From a virus (Duplodnaviria > Caudoviricetes): DNA of 57,149 bases. Both the position numbers and the translations under genes were made by a program. The stretch covers positions 1-57,149 of the IMG/VR virus record IMGVR_UViG_3300044830_000034. One strand, 5' to 3'. Below are positions 38,976 to 47,077 of this stretch, piece after piece. Numbering within the stretch: the stretch's first letter is position 1; the number at the start of each line of letters is the position of its first letter. The notes under the pieces were generated by a model. The model worked only from the letters and a program-made list of their open reading frames with translations. It was not told where the DNA came from and searched no databases.

Positions 38976-39898
38976 CCGGCGCCTACGGTCAGGACTGGGC
39001 GTCGTACCAGCCCGCCACCCCTGCGACGACTGGCCTGGCTTTCGTCTTCGTGAAGGCCACCGAAGGCACCGGATACGCGAATCCCCTGCATGCCGCGCAG
39101 GTCTCCCACGTCCGTGCGGACGGCCTTGTCGTCGGCCACTACCACTACCCGCACATGGCGGCCGACGCTCCGGCCGAGGCGGACCGCTTCCTCGCCGTCG
39201 CCAAACCGCAGCCCGGGGACGTCCTGATCCTCGACTGGGAGGGCTACGACCCGGCCAACAAGGGCGTGCCCTTCAGTCGGCAGGTCGCCTACAAGGCCGC
39301 GTTCCTCGCCCGGCTCGCCGCAGTGGCGCCGCTCCACCAGCACCTCACCTACTGCAACACCGACTACCTGGGCCGCGACCCCGACGGCCCATACGGCGAC
39401 GCCCTGTGGATCGCCACCTCGGGACGCCCCGCCGGGCAGCCGGGCATCAGCCACAACTGGCTGATCCACCAGTACTCGACCGCAGGCGGCATCGACCACG
39501 ACTACTGCCCGCTCAGCCCGGCCCAGCTCAACGCCTGGTCGCACGCCAAGGAGAACACCGTGCCCGACCTGACCCCGCAGATCGCCGACGACACCAAGAC
39601 CCTGCGCGGTGACCTGACCAAGGTCACCTCGCTCACCGAGAAGGACGCGGCGGGCCACCCGGCGGTCCACCCGGCGTCGTACTACCTCGCGCACACCCAC
39701 TACGACGCGGTCCTGCTCAACACCAAGATCGACGGCCTGACCTCGCAGGTCGCCGCCCTGGCCAAGAACCAGGGCGCTCCCACCCTGACGGACGCCCAGG
39801 TCTCCGCCATCGCCGCGCAGGTCGCCGCCAGCCCGGTCCTCGCCGCGGCGGTCGCCGAGCAGGTCGCCGTGAAGATCGCCGCCCGGCTCGCCCAGTGA
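38972..39898 (+). CDS. GH25 muramidase endolysin
   Basis: GQDWASYQ, FVKATEG, GHYHY, LDWE, WIA, HQY. Confidence 0.85.
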   Translation: MTGAYGQDWASYQPATPATTGLAFVFVKATEGTGYANPLHAAQVSHVRADGLVVGHYHYPHMAADAPAEADRFLAVAKPQPGDVLILDWEGYDPANKGVPFSRQVAYKAAFLARLAAVAPLHQHLTYCNTDYLGRDPDGPYGDALWIATSGRPAGQPGISHNWLIHQYSTAGGIDHDYCPLSPAQLNAWSHAKENTVPDLTPQIADDTKTLRGDLTKVTSLTEKDAAGHPAVHPASYYLAHTHYDAVLLNTKIDGLTSQVAALAKNQGAPTLTDAQVSAIAAQVAASPVLAAAVAEQVAVKIAARLAQ

Positions 39899-40449
39899 CC
39901 GCGATCGACTACGATTTCGAGTTCCTGGAGGACGGGCGGACCATCGACCCGATCTCCATCGGCATGGTCTGCGACGACGGGCGCGAGTACTACGCCGTCA
40001 ACCGGGACATGCCCGTCCGCCGTATCCGCAAGCACCAGTGGCTCATGGGCAACGTCGTCCCGCACCTGCCCCAGCCGCATGGGGACTGGCGCTTGCATAT
40101 GCCGAAACGGTGGCTGTTCAACTACCGGGACCCGGCCGTCAAGCCACGCAAGCAGATCGCCGCCGAAGTGGCCGCCTTCATCCAGGCCACGCCTGAGCCC
40201 GAGCTCTGGGCGAACTACGGGGCCTACGACCATGTCGCCCTGGCTCAACTCTGGGGCCCGATGATCGCGCTGCCCGCCGGGGTGCCGATGTTCACCAAGG
40301 ACATTCAGCAGGAGCGCGACCGTCTCGGCCTCGCCTGGGACGAACTGCCCAAGCAGGCGGGCACCGAACACAACGCGCTCGCCGACGCACGGCACAACCA
40401 GACCATCCGCCGCTGGCTCGCCCAGCACGCAAGCGGGGTGGTCGCGTGA
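39895..40449 (+). CDS. DEDDh 3'-5' exoribonuclease (Rv2179c/RNase AS-like)
   Basis: YDFEFLEDG..ISIG, AYDHV, HNALADA. Confidence 0.85.
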   Translation: MTAIDYDFEFLEDGRTIDPISIGMVCDDGREYYAVNRDMPVRRIRKHQWLMGNVVPHLPQPHGDWRLHMPKRWLFNYRDPAVKPRKQIAAEVAAFIQATPEPELWANYGAYDHVALAQLWGPMIALPAGVPMFTKDIQQERDRLGLAWDELPKQAGTEHNALADARHNQTIRRWLAQHASGVVA

Positions 40450-40787
40450 TCCTCAACCTCACCCCGCACCCGATTCGGGTCTACGAGCCGGATCGAGAGG
40501 ACGGCTCTGACGATCTCGACATGGGCTTGCGCTACGTCTTCGACCCCGAGCCGGCGCCCGCCCGCCTGGCCCCGATCGAACTCGGCGGCGGAATCACTTT
40601 CGAGATGGTCGAGTTCGGCCACGCCCAGGGCCTCCCGCCCAAACGCGACGGCCACCAGTACATCGTCGCCCTCGTCGTCGCCCTCGCGCTCGCCGACCGC
40701 CGCAGCGACCTCCTCGTCCCGTACCGCGAAGTGCGCAACAGCACCGGCACGGTCATCGGCTGCCGCTCGCTCGCACAGCCCGTCTGA
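40446..40787 (+). CDS. hypothetical phage protein
   Basis: LNLTPHPI...GLPP...YIV...RSDLLVP..VR...VIGC. Confidence 0.65.
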   Translation: MILNLTPHPIRVYEPDREDGSDDLDMGLRYVFDPEPAPARLAPIELGGGITFEMVEFGHAQGLPPKRDGHQYIVALVVALALADRRSDLLVPYREVRNSTGTVIGCRSLAQPV

Positions 40788-40816
40788 CACCCCACCCAGC
40801 AGAAACGGTCCTTCCC

Positions 40817-41203
40817 ATGAAGTCCTTCAAGATTTTCGGCTACGAGCCGGTCGTGCTCCTGAACGCCCTGTCGGCCGTGCTCGGCCTGATCGTCAGCCTC
40901 GGGCTCACGAGCCTGACGGCCAACGAGTCGGCGGCGATCGTCGGCGCGGTCACCGCGATCCTGGGCGCCATCGCCGCGTGGATGACCCGCCCGATCGCCC
41001 CGCAGGCGTTCACCGCGCTCGCCGCGGCCGGTGCGACCCTGCTCGCGGCCTACGGGCTGGACGTCACACAGGCGCAGGTCGGCGCCGTCAACTTCGCCGT
41101 GCTCGCCGTCCTGACCCTGCTCACCCGCGGCCAGGTGTCCCCGACCGCGACCGCGCCGAAGGTCGTGGCGGCGCCGGCCGACCCGACCGTGCCCCGCCTC
41201 TGA
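40817..41203 (+). CDS. holin
   Basis: IFGYEPV N-terminus, about 4 TM segments, RGQVSP end; in the lysis cassette. Confidence 0.75.
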   Translation: MKSFKIFGYEPVVLLNALSAVLGLIVSLGLTSLTANESAAIVGAVTAILGAIAAWMTRPIAPQAFTALAAAGATLLAAYGLDVTQAQVGAVNFAVLAVLTLLTRGQVSPTATAPKVVAAPADPTVPRL

Positions 41204-41218
41204 TCCTGGGGGGATCCC

Positions 41219-41533
41219 GTGGCCGACGACCCGACTCTGGGCGAACTCGCACGACGTCTGGAAGACCGGGTCGGCGACATTCGCGAGGACATCAAGCAAC
41301 TCGGCGGACTCATCGACAAGCGGGTGAGCGGAGAGCGGTACCTGCTGGAACAGCAGGCCCGCGATGAGGGCCACCGGCTGGTCGTGGAACGCATCAAGGG
41401 GCTGGAGGATGCGGCGCGCGAGAAGGAGAAGGAGCGCGCCGCAGACCGCCGCCTGATCCTGACGGCCCTCGTGGTGCCGGTCCTCCTGGTCCTGCTGACG
41501 GCATATCTGGCGGCGAAAGGGGCGGGTGCGTGA
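41219..41533 (+). CDS. membrane protein (coiled coil plus C-terminal TM), lysis accessory
   Basis: PTLGELARRLE..., C-terminal TM. Confidence 0.65.
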   Translation: MADDPTLGELARRLEDRVGDIREDIKQLGGLIDKRVSGERYLLEQQARDEGHRLVVERIKGLEDAAREKEKERAADRRLILTALVVPVLLVLLTAYLAAKGAGA

Positions 41534-42279
41534 CCTCTCCAGAACACGGCAAGACGGCTCCCGCCGAGGAACCGCGCGGGCGGCGCCGCGGGGATGCGAT
41601 GTTCGCCGTCGGTGTGATCGGCGGCATCGGCGCCCTCGCCTGGATCGTCATCACCATCCAGGGCCTGTCGCACGACCTGCAGACCGCCAACGCGGCGCGG
41701 GACCAGTTGGCCCAGCAGGTACAGCAGTTGGGCGGGAAGCCCGTCGCGGGGCCGCCGGGTTCGCGCGGCGAGCCGGGCCCGGCAGTGGTCGGCCCGTCCG
41801 GCGCCCCGGGCTCTCCCGGGGTGGCGGGCAGTCCCGGAGTACCCGGCAGGACGGGAGCCTCGGCCTCGCCGGTACCCGGACCATCGGGGCCCGCAGGATC
41901 TCCGGGCGCCAACTCAACGATTCCCGGCCCGGCCGGTTCACCCGGCGCGGTCGGAGCGCAGGGCGTCCCCGGGGTGGCGGGCGCGGACGGCAAGGACGGC
42001 TCGCCCGGCAAGGACGGGACGAACGGGGCCGCGGGCACGAACGGCCGCGACGGCACGAACGGCGCACCCCCCGCCGGCTGGACGTACACCGACGCCGCCG
42101 GCCAGTCCTACACCTGCTCGCCCGTCGCCGCCTTCGACCCGACCTCGCCTCGCTACACGTGCGCTGCCGACACCGCCCCGCCCCCGACCCCGTCGCCGAG
42201 CGCGGGGGCTGCGGCGCGGAGCGGCGCCGTGGGCGTCGGCATGCTCGCCGCATCCGCCATGTACCGGCGACTGCCGTGA
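41530..42279 (+). CDS. collagen-like membrane protein, lysis accessory
   Basis: N-terminal TM, coiled coil, long G-X-Y repeats. Confidence 0.75.
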   Translation: MTSPEHGKTAPAEEPRGRRRGDAMFAVGVIGGIGALAWIVITIQGLSHDLQTANAARDQLAQQVQQLGGKPVAGPPGSRGEPGPAVVGPSGAPGSPGVAGSPGVPGRTGASASPVPGPSGPAGSPGANSTIPGPAGSPGAVGAQGVPGVAGADGKDGSPGKDGTNGAAGTNGRDGTNGAPPAGWTYTDAAGQSYTCSPVAAFDPTSPRYTCAADTAPPPTPSPSAGAAARSGAVGVGMLAASAMYRRLP

Positions 42280-42305
42280 GGCGCTAACCCCGACCGCCCC
42301 AGACC

Positions 42306-42347
42306 CGAGCCGCCCCCACCTGCCTCCGGGCGGGTGGGGGCGGCTCG
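42306..42347 (+). terminator. long stem-loop closing the late operon
   Basis: CGAGCCGCCCCCACCTGCC...GGCGGGTGGGGGCGGCTCG. Confidence 0.7.
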
Positions 42348-42386
42348 TTGTGTCGTGGGTCTCCCGGCGCGGAAATGGCGGGGAGT

Positions 42387-42408
42387 TGTCGGCGGGCAGG
42401 TCTACAGT
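42387..42408 (+). promoter_or_regulatory. PafBC-dependent (RecA-NDp)-type promoter for the Y RNA-rsr operon
   Basis: exact TGTCGG-N10-TACAGT; predicted start at about 42415 coincides with the 5' end of ncRNA unit 1. Confidence 0.65.
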
Positions 42409-42414
42409 GGGCCA

Positions 42415-42487
42415 TGCCGCGAAGCGCAGTCCGGGGTTACTTCCCTTGCGATGGATTCTGTACCTCGGACGCTTGGTACTCGCAGCA
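42415..42487 (+). ncRNA. Y RNA-like unit 1 (minimal; no tRNA-like domain)
   Basis: TGCCGCGA/TCGCAGCA closing stem; shared boxes GCGAAGCGCAG, TACTTC, TGGTACTCGC; inner stem GTCCGGGG(T)TA/TACCTCGGAC. Confidence 0.7.
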
Positions 42488-42511
42488 CCCTTCGGGGAGA
42501 CAACTGGATAC

Positions 42512-42661
42512 GGGTGGCTGGCGAAGCGCAGCGTGGGCCTACTTCGACTGCGGATCGAGTGGTTGCAGGTTCGAGTCCTGCTCGGCCGTGCGTGAGCGCG
42601 GCCGGTAGCTCAATTGGAAGAGCGCTTTGTAGCTCATGCGTCTGGTACTCGCCAGCCTCCC
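42512..42661 (+). ncRNA. yrlA: YrlA-like Y RNA unit 2 with circularly permuted tRNA-Arg-like domain
   Basis: same three boxes; anticodon arm TTCGA-CTGCGGA-TCGAG, T arm GCAGG-TTCGAGT-CCTGC, acceptor stem closed by a GTGA loop, then D arm GCTC-AATTGGAA-GAGC; outer stem extends 42492-42681. Confidence 0.8.
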
Positions 42662-42717
42662 GTGTCCAGTTGCTTCCCCGATCCGGTCGCCTCGCGGCCG
42701 GGCCGACAACTGCATAA

Positions 42718-42866
42718 ACGCCGCGAAGCGCAGCAAGGCCCTACTTCTGCGTCAGCAGCACGCGGGTTCGAATCCCGCCGGTTCCCTCGGGGACCGTCCG
42801 CCCAGCGGCCTAGGGCGCCACCTCTCGGGGTGGGCACGTAGGTCTTGCGATTGGTACTCGCGGCGT
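42718..42866 (+). ncRNA. yrlA: YrlA-like Y RNA unit 3 with circularly permuted tRNA-Glu-like domain
   Basis: same three boxes; T arm GCGGG-TTCGAAT-CCCGC, acceptor CGGTTCC/GGGACCG, D arm GCCC-AGCGGCCTA-GGGC, CCACC-TCTCGG-GGTGG arm; outer stem 42698-42890. Confidence 0.78.
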
Positions 42867-42913
42867 CCAGCAGTCTGTCCGTCGGCCCGGGATTCTGACC
42901 CAGGAGACCGACG

Positions 42914-44533
42914 ATGGCGAAGTTCGCCCGCACCCAGGCCGCACCGACCAGCCCCGTGACCACGACCGGGACAACAACGACCTTCGAGGGCGGCGCCGCC
43001 TTCACCCGCGACGCGAAGAGCGATCTCTTCCTGTTCGCCGCCGTCAACATGGTCGGCGAGGACACCTATTACGAGTCGGCCGGCGAGCGCGACGACCGCT
43101 TCCGCCAGCTCGTGCACGCCGCGACCAAGCAGGACCCCGACTGGGTCGCCCAGTTCGTGCCGTACCTACGCGGCGAGATGAACATGCGCTCGGCCGCAAT
43201 CGCGGTCGCCGCCGAGTCCGCGCTCGCCCGCAAGGCCGGGACGGACCGCGAGCCGACTGTGCCGGTACGGAAAATGGTTGCCGACGCGATGCTCCGCGCG
43301 GACGAGCCCGCGGAGTTCCTGGCGTACTGGAAGGCCCGCACCGGAAAGAAGACCGTGCCCGGCGGTGTGCAGCGTGGCGTTGCCGACGCCGTCTCGCGCC
43401 TGTACACCGAGCGGGCCGCGCTGAAGTACGACGGCGTCGCGTCTGCCTGGCGCATGGCCGACGTCGTCGCAGTCGCCAAGCCCGACCCCGCCGGCCAGTG
43501 GCAGGCCGACCTGTTCGACTACCTCGCCGACCGCCGCTGGAAGCGCGACGAGGTGCGGGTCACCGACCGGCTCGCGACCCTCACCGCCTACCGGGCGGCC
43601 ATGGCCATGCCGGAGGCCGAGCGCCGCGCCTGGTTCCTCGCCGACCCGACCCGGCTCGGTACCGCAGGGATGACATGGGAGCAGCTGTCCAGTCTCGGCG
43701 TGATGGACGCGGAGGCGTGGTCGGCGATGATCCCGACAATGGGCCTGATGGCTCTGACCCGGAACCTGCAGAACTTCGACGAGGCTGGGGTGACCGACGA
43801 GGTTGCCGCGCGGGTCACGGCAAAGCTGGCAGACCCGGAGCAGGTGCGGCGTTCCCGGCAGTTCCCGTACCGCTTCTACTCCGCCTACCTGGCAGCCCCG
43901 TCGCTGCGCTGGGGGCACGCCCTGGAGCGGGCGCTACTCGCCTCGACCGCGAGCATCCCGGCGCTGTCCGGCCGGACCTTGGTGCTGGTCGACACCTCCG
44001 GCTCGATGGGCACGCCGGTGTCCGCGAAGTCGAAGATCACACACGTTCAGGTTGCCGCGCTGTTCGCGGTCGCCCTGGCAGCGCGCGGATGCGATGTCGA
44101 CCTGGCCGGGTTCGCCGACGGGGTGTTCGCGCACCCGCTGGCCAAGGGCGGCTCGGTGCTCCGTCAGGCTGAGGAGTTCTGCGCCCGCGTCGGCGAGGTC
44201 GGACACGGCACGGAGACCGTCGCCGCACTGAAGTCGGCGTACCGCGGGCACGACCGGGTGGTGCTCTTCTCGGACATGCAGGCGTTCAACTACCCGGGCC
44301 GCGGCGGCCGCGGCTGGTACGACGTGCGAGGCACGGTCCGCGGCATGTCGGTCTCCGAGGCGATCCCGGCCGGCGTGCCCATGTTCGGTATCAACAGCGC
44401 GGGCTACGGACAGTCCTCGATCGACACCTCGCAGCCCAACCGGTACGAGATCGGGGGGTTCTCCGACAAGCTGTTCACGATGGTCGACCTGCTCAGCCGT
44501 GGCCGCGACGCCAAGTGGCCCTGGATGGCCTGA
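42914..44533 (+). CDS. rsr: Ro60/Rsr TROVE-vWA RNA-binding protein
   Basis: TFEGGAAF, DTYYE, YLRGEMNMRS, MALTRNLQN, SRQFPYRF, vWA MIDAS LVDTSGSM, GTET, FSDMQ; RBS AGGAG. Confidence 0.93.
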   Translation: MAKFARTQAAPTSPVTTTGTTTTFEGGAAFTRDAKSDLFLFAAVNMVGEDTYYESAGERDDRFRQLVHAATKQDPDWVAQFVPYLRGEMNMRSAAIAVAAESALARKAGTDREPTVPVRKMVADAMLRADEPAEFLAYWKARTGKKTVPGGVQRGVADAVSRLYTERAALKYDGVASAWRMADVVAVAKPDPAGQWQADLFDYLADRRWKRDEVRVTDRLATLTAYRAAMAMPEAERRAWFLADPTRLGTAGMTWEQLSSLGVMDAEAWSAMIPTMGLMALTRNLQNFDEAGVTDEVAARVTAKLADPEQVRRSRQFPYRFYSAYLAAPSLRWGHALERALLASTASIPALSGRTLVLVDTSGSMGTPVSAKSKITHVQVAALFAVALAARGCDVDLAGFADGVFAHPLAKGGSVLRQAEEFCARVGEVGHGTETVAALKSAYRGHDRVVLFSDMQAFNYPGRGGRGWYDVRGTVRGMSVSEAIPAGVPMFGINSAGYGQSSIDTSQPNRYEIGGFSDKLFTMVDLLSRGRDAKWPWMA

Positions 44534-44542
44534 CCCCGCTCC

Positions 44543-44576
44543 ACCCGCCCGCCTCCCCGAGAGGCGGGCGGGTTTC
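44543..44576 (+). terminator. terminator after rsr
   Basis: ACCCGCCCGCCTC-CCCGA-GAGGCGGGCGGGT-TTC. Confidence 0.7.
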
Positions 44577-44683
44577 GCGCTGGGGGCCCTACCGCTGCCG
44601 GAGGTCACTGCGGATCTGCCGGATCTCGGCCGGCGTACACAACGGGCCGCCGGAGCCGGGGCGGCCCGATACCCTCACGCGCA

Positions 44684-44716
44684 GACGCCCCGCCGAATAG
44701 ACCTCGGCGGGGCGTC
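44684..44716 (-). terminator. stem-loop after the convergent minus-strand genes
   Basis: GACGCCCCGCCGA-N7-TCGGCGGGGCGTC. Confidence 0.55.
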
Positions 44717-44728
44717 GCTGTGTTGGCG

Positions 44729-45145
44729 TCAGGCGCTGCGCTTCCGGTACGCCTCCCGGTGCGGCTTCTCGTGCTCAGTGACCACCCGAACGACCCGCTC
44801 GGCGATGCCCGCGCCGACCAGACCGCGGAACGTCTCGCCCTCCTCGTCGGGAGCCGCCACGTCGAACCGCTCATCCAGCAGCACGTCGCCGTCCACATAG
44901 CCGAACATCACGCGGGCGCTGACCGTGCGGCCGTCCGACCCGGGGGTCAGGTCGAGGTTGTACGTCCGCGTGTCCCCAGTCGGGTTGTCTGGGTCGTTGA
45001 ACTCGGCGTACCCGGTCATGTAGTCGTCGGGGACGGGATACGCCCCTGGTCTGTCGTGGTCGAAGGGGAAGAGTTCGAAGCCCAGCCCGGCCGCATGCAA
45101 TGCAGTGGCGGCTTCGAGGATCGCGTGAGCTTGGCGGAGTCGCAT
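44729..45145 (-). CDS. hypothetical protein
   Basis: ORF with normal codon usage in a minus-strand series. Confidence 0.6.
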   Translation of the reverse strand: MRLRQAHAILEAATALHAAGLGFELFPFDHDRPGAYPVPDDYMTGYAEFNDPDNPTGDTRTYNLDLTPGSDGRTVSARVMFGYVDGDVLLDERFDVAAPDEEGETFRGLVGAGIAERVVRVVTEHEKPHREAYRKRSA

Positions 45146-45147
45146 CG

Positions 45148-45309
45148 TCAGCCCTTCTTCGCGTCGCCGTGGGCGTGGGACAGCAGGCGCTGGAGCGTCC
45201 AGGCCGTGTCGTCCGAGCTGGCGGCGAGCACATCCCGGATGGCATGCGCTTCGGCGTCAGTGAACTCGATCGTGGTCGTGCCATCCTTCGCGATGGCGAT
45301 GAACTGCAT
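45148..45309 (-). CDS. hypothetical protein (53 aa)
   Basis: MQFIAIAKDG...; RBS AAGGAGG; fills the gap between neighbours. Confidence 0.5.
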   Translation of the reverse strand: MQFIAIAKDGTTTIEFTDAEAHAIRDVLAASSDDTAWTLQRLLSHAHGDAKKG

Positions 45310-45312
45310 GAA

Positions 45313-45618
45313 TCAGCCCTCCTTGGCGTGGTTCTTCTCGTGGTTGCGCATGCTGGCGGGCGCTCCGACGTAGCCGCAGCGGTCGCAGCGTTCCCAGCCG
45401 GCGTCGGCGACAGCTTTGTCGGTGACGGAGTGGCCGGGGCCGTAGCCGTTGGCGTGGAGCAACTGCGGGACGGACCCGCCGTAGTTGACGGCGATGAGCG
45501 CGGCCTCGGCGACCTTGTCGTGACCGCGGGCGAAGAACGAGCCGAGTCCGACTTCCTTCTTGCAGCCGCACCAGCACGTGCCGGTCGGGATGAGGCGGGG
45601 GAGTGGTTCCTGTGTCAT
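45313..45618 (-). CDS. zinc-binding hypothetical protein
   Basis: CWCGC...FARGHD and C-terminal CDRC...H...H. Confidence 0.65.
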   Translation of the reverse strand: MTQEPLPRLIPTGTCWCGCKKEVGLGSFFARGHDKVAEAALIAVNYGGSVPQLLHANGYGPGHSVTDKAVADAGWERCDRCGYVGAPASMRNHEKNHAKEG

Positions 45619-45695
45619 GGGACTAAGGTACAGCTTCTTGGTCTACCTGTAAGGAAGTTGACTAAGAATCATGGGGCAGTCGGAGCGGTGGCCCG

Positions 45696-46838
45696 TCAGA
45701 CGTCTTCTTCTTTCACCGGCCGGGCCAGCTTCAGCCACGGGTTGTTCGCCCGGGACTGCGCCCGGTCGAGGTACTCCCGCTTCACCGTCGCCGATCCGGG
45801 CTTCCACCGTCCCTGCGTCGTGGGGTCGCCTCCCGCGTCGGAGATGGCCTGGGCGCCTCCCCGTCGCAGCCCGTGGGCGGTGACCTTCTTCCAGCCAGCC
45901 AGCCCGGCGGCTCGGGCCCGGCCGCGCACCCACTCGTTGATGGCGTCTCCGGTGACGTGCTCGCCCCGCTCGGTGGCCGTGGCGCGCGACTGGAGCGTGC
46001 CCCCTTTGGTGAGGGCGCGGAACAGGGCTCCGTCGTGGACGCCGAGGTGGTGCAGCACGTCGAGCCACGCCCGGGTCGCCCGCACCGGATCGATGGCGGG
46101 GTCGTCCCAGGCGGGGATGAACGTCTCCTCGCCCTTCGCCTTCTGGTCGGTCTTGGACGAGGAGAACCAGAGGGCAACGCCGTCGGCTTCGATGGTGGCG
46201 TTGCCGATGGTGAGGTCAGCGAGTTCGATGCGCCGGTTGAGGGCGCCGCGGCCGAGGAGGAGGACGCACCGGTCGCGGATGCCGATCGGCTCGGTCGGGT
46301 CGCAGGTGGCGACCATCGCCCGCAGCATCTCCTCGGTGATCGGTGGCGCCTTCTTCACGCCGACGCGCTTATTCCACTCCTTGCGGTACTCGTTGAGCAT
46401 GCCGCGGGCCTCGGTGGTGCCGGGCTTCTTGTCGTCGGGCATCCAGGTGCGGATCGCCGACATGGCGACGCTGATGGCGTTGGGGGCACGGCCGTCCTCG
46501 ATGAGGGTGGCGACGTACTCGACATAGGTGGCGGTCGTGCAGGGCTTCGCAACCCGGCCCTGCTTGGCGCACCACGCCTCGAATAGGTCGCGCTGGTTCT
46601 GGTAGGTCCGGGACGTGTTGCGCGGCTTGGACTTGTTCTTGAGCCGCTCGGCCGTCGCCTCGGAGACGTACAGGTCGCGTTCGGTGTACGTCGGCTGCTC
46701 GGCTTCTGTTGGCAGCGGCTCGCCGGGGACGAGGATCGTGTGCCGGTCGACGATGGGCCGGGGTGCCGGCGAGGCGATGACGGGCAGGTGGTCGTCGTCC
46801 ACGAGCTCGGCGTCGACCACCTCCTCGGGCGCGGTCAC
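45696..46838 (-). CDS. tyrosine recombinase (Cre/Xer-like resolvase)
   Basis: NTSRTY SAM-like domain, RDRCVLLLG...NRRIEL (R), SKTDQ (K), HGLRRG, GRW, EY. Confidence 0.9.
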   Translation of the reverse strand: MTAPEEVVDAELVDDDHLPVIASPAPRPIVDRHTILVPGEPLPTEAEQPTYTERDLYVSEATAERLKNKSKPRNTSRTYQNQRDLFEAWCAKQGRVAKPCTTATYVEYVATLIEDGRAPNAISVAMSAIRTWMPDDKKPGTTEARGMLNEYRKEWNKRVGVKKAPPITEEMLRAMVATCDPTEPIGIRDRCVLLLGRGALNRRIELADLTIGNATIEADGVALWFSSSKTDQKAKGEETFIPAWDDPAIDPVRATRAWLDVLHHLGVHDGALFRALTKGGTLQSRATATERGEHVTGDAINEWVRGRARAAGLAGWKKVTAHGLRRGGAQAISDAGGDPTTQGRWKPGSATVKREYLDRAQSRANNPWLKLARPVKEEDV

Positions 46839-47049
46839 GACTTCCCCGCCAGCAGATCCGTGCAAGTCGTATGAGGCAAGGCATCGATGCCGCGCAGAGA
46901 GTGCCAGGCCCAGCACGAAACGCACACCCCGTCCGGGATGGCGTCGAGATCCATCGTGACGAGTTCCTCGCGAGTGACCGGGTTCCTCTCGATCACCTCT
47001 AGTGCTTCCAATCGGCTTTGACTCATCCCTTGATTCCCTTCCATCGACT

Positions 47050-47077
47050 GGCGCGTATAAGGGAAATTATACAAGGC
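47050..47077. other. dif/lox-like recombination site
   Basis: GGCGCGTATAA-GGGAAA-TTATACAAGGC (11-6-11 with TATAA/TTATA core), about 200 bp upstream of the recombinase. Confidence 0.55.

Noticed and set aside
42543-42833. Canonical tRNA genes or a tRNA-derived att site
   Set aside because: T arms precede D arms, acceptor stems are closed by loops, there is no CCA end, and both sit inside the repeated Y-RNA scaffold.
42419-42861. CRISPR array
   Set aside because: Only three units, split conserved boxes, unequal structured inserts and no cas genes.
42334-42959. Short ORFs over the ncRNA region
   Set aside because: Atypical composition and no RBS; the RNA structure explains the region.
45696-46838. 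Prophage integrase marking the element boundary
   Set aside because: Cre-like features, an adjacent dif-like site and mobile-type genes on both sides; no att duplication seen. Integration is not fully excluded.
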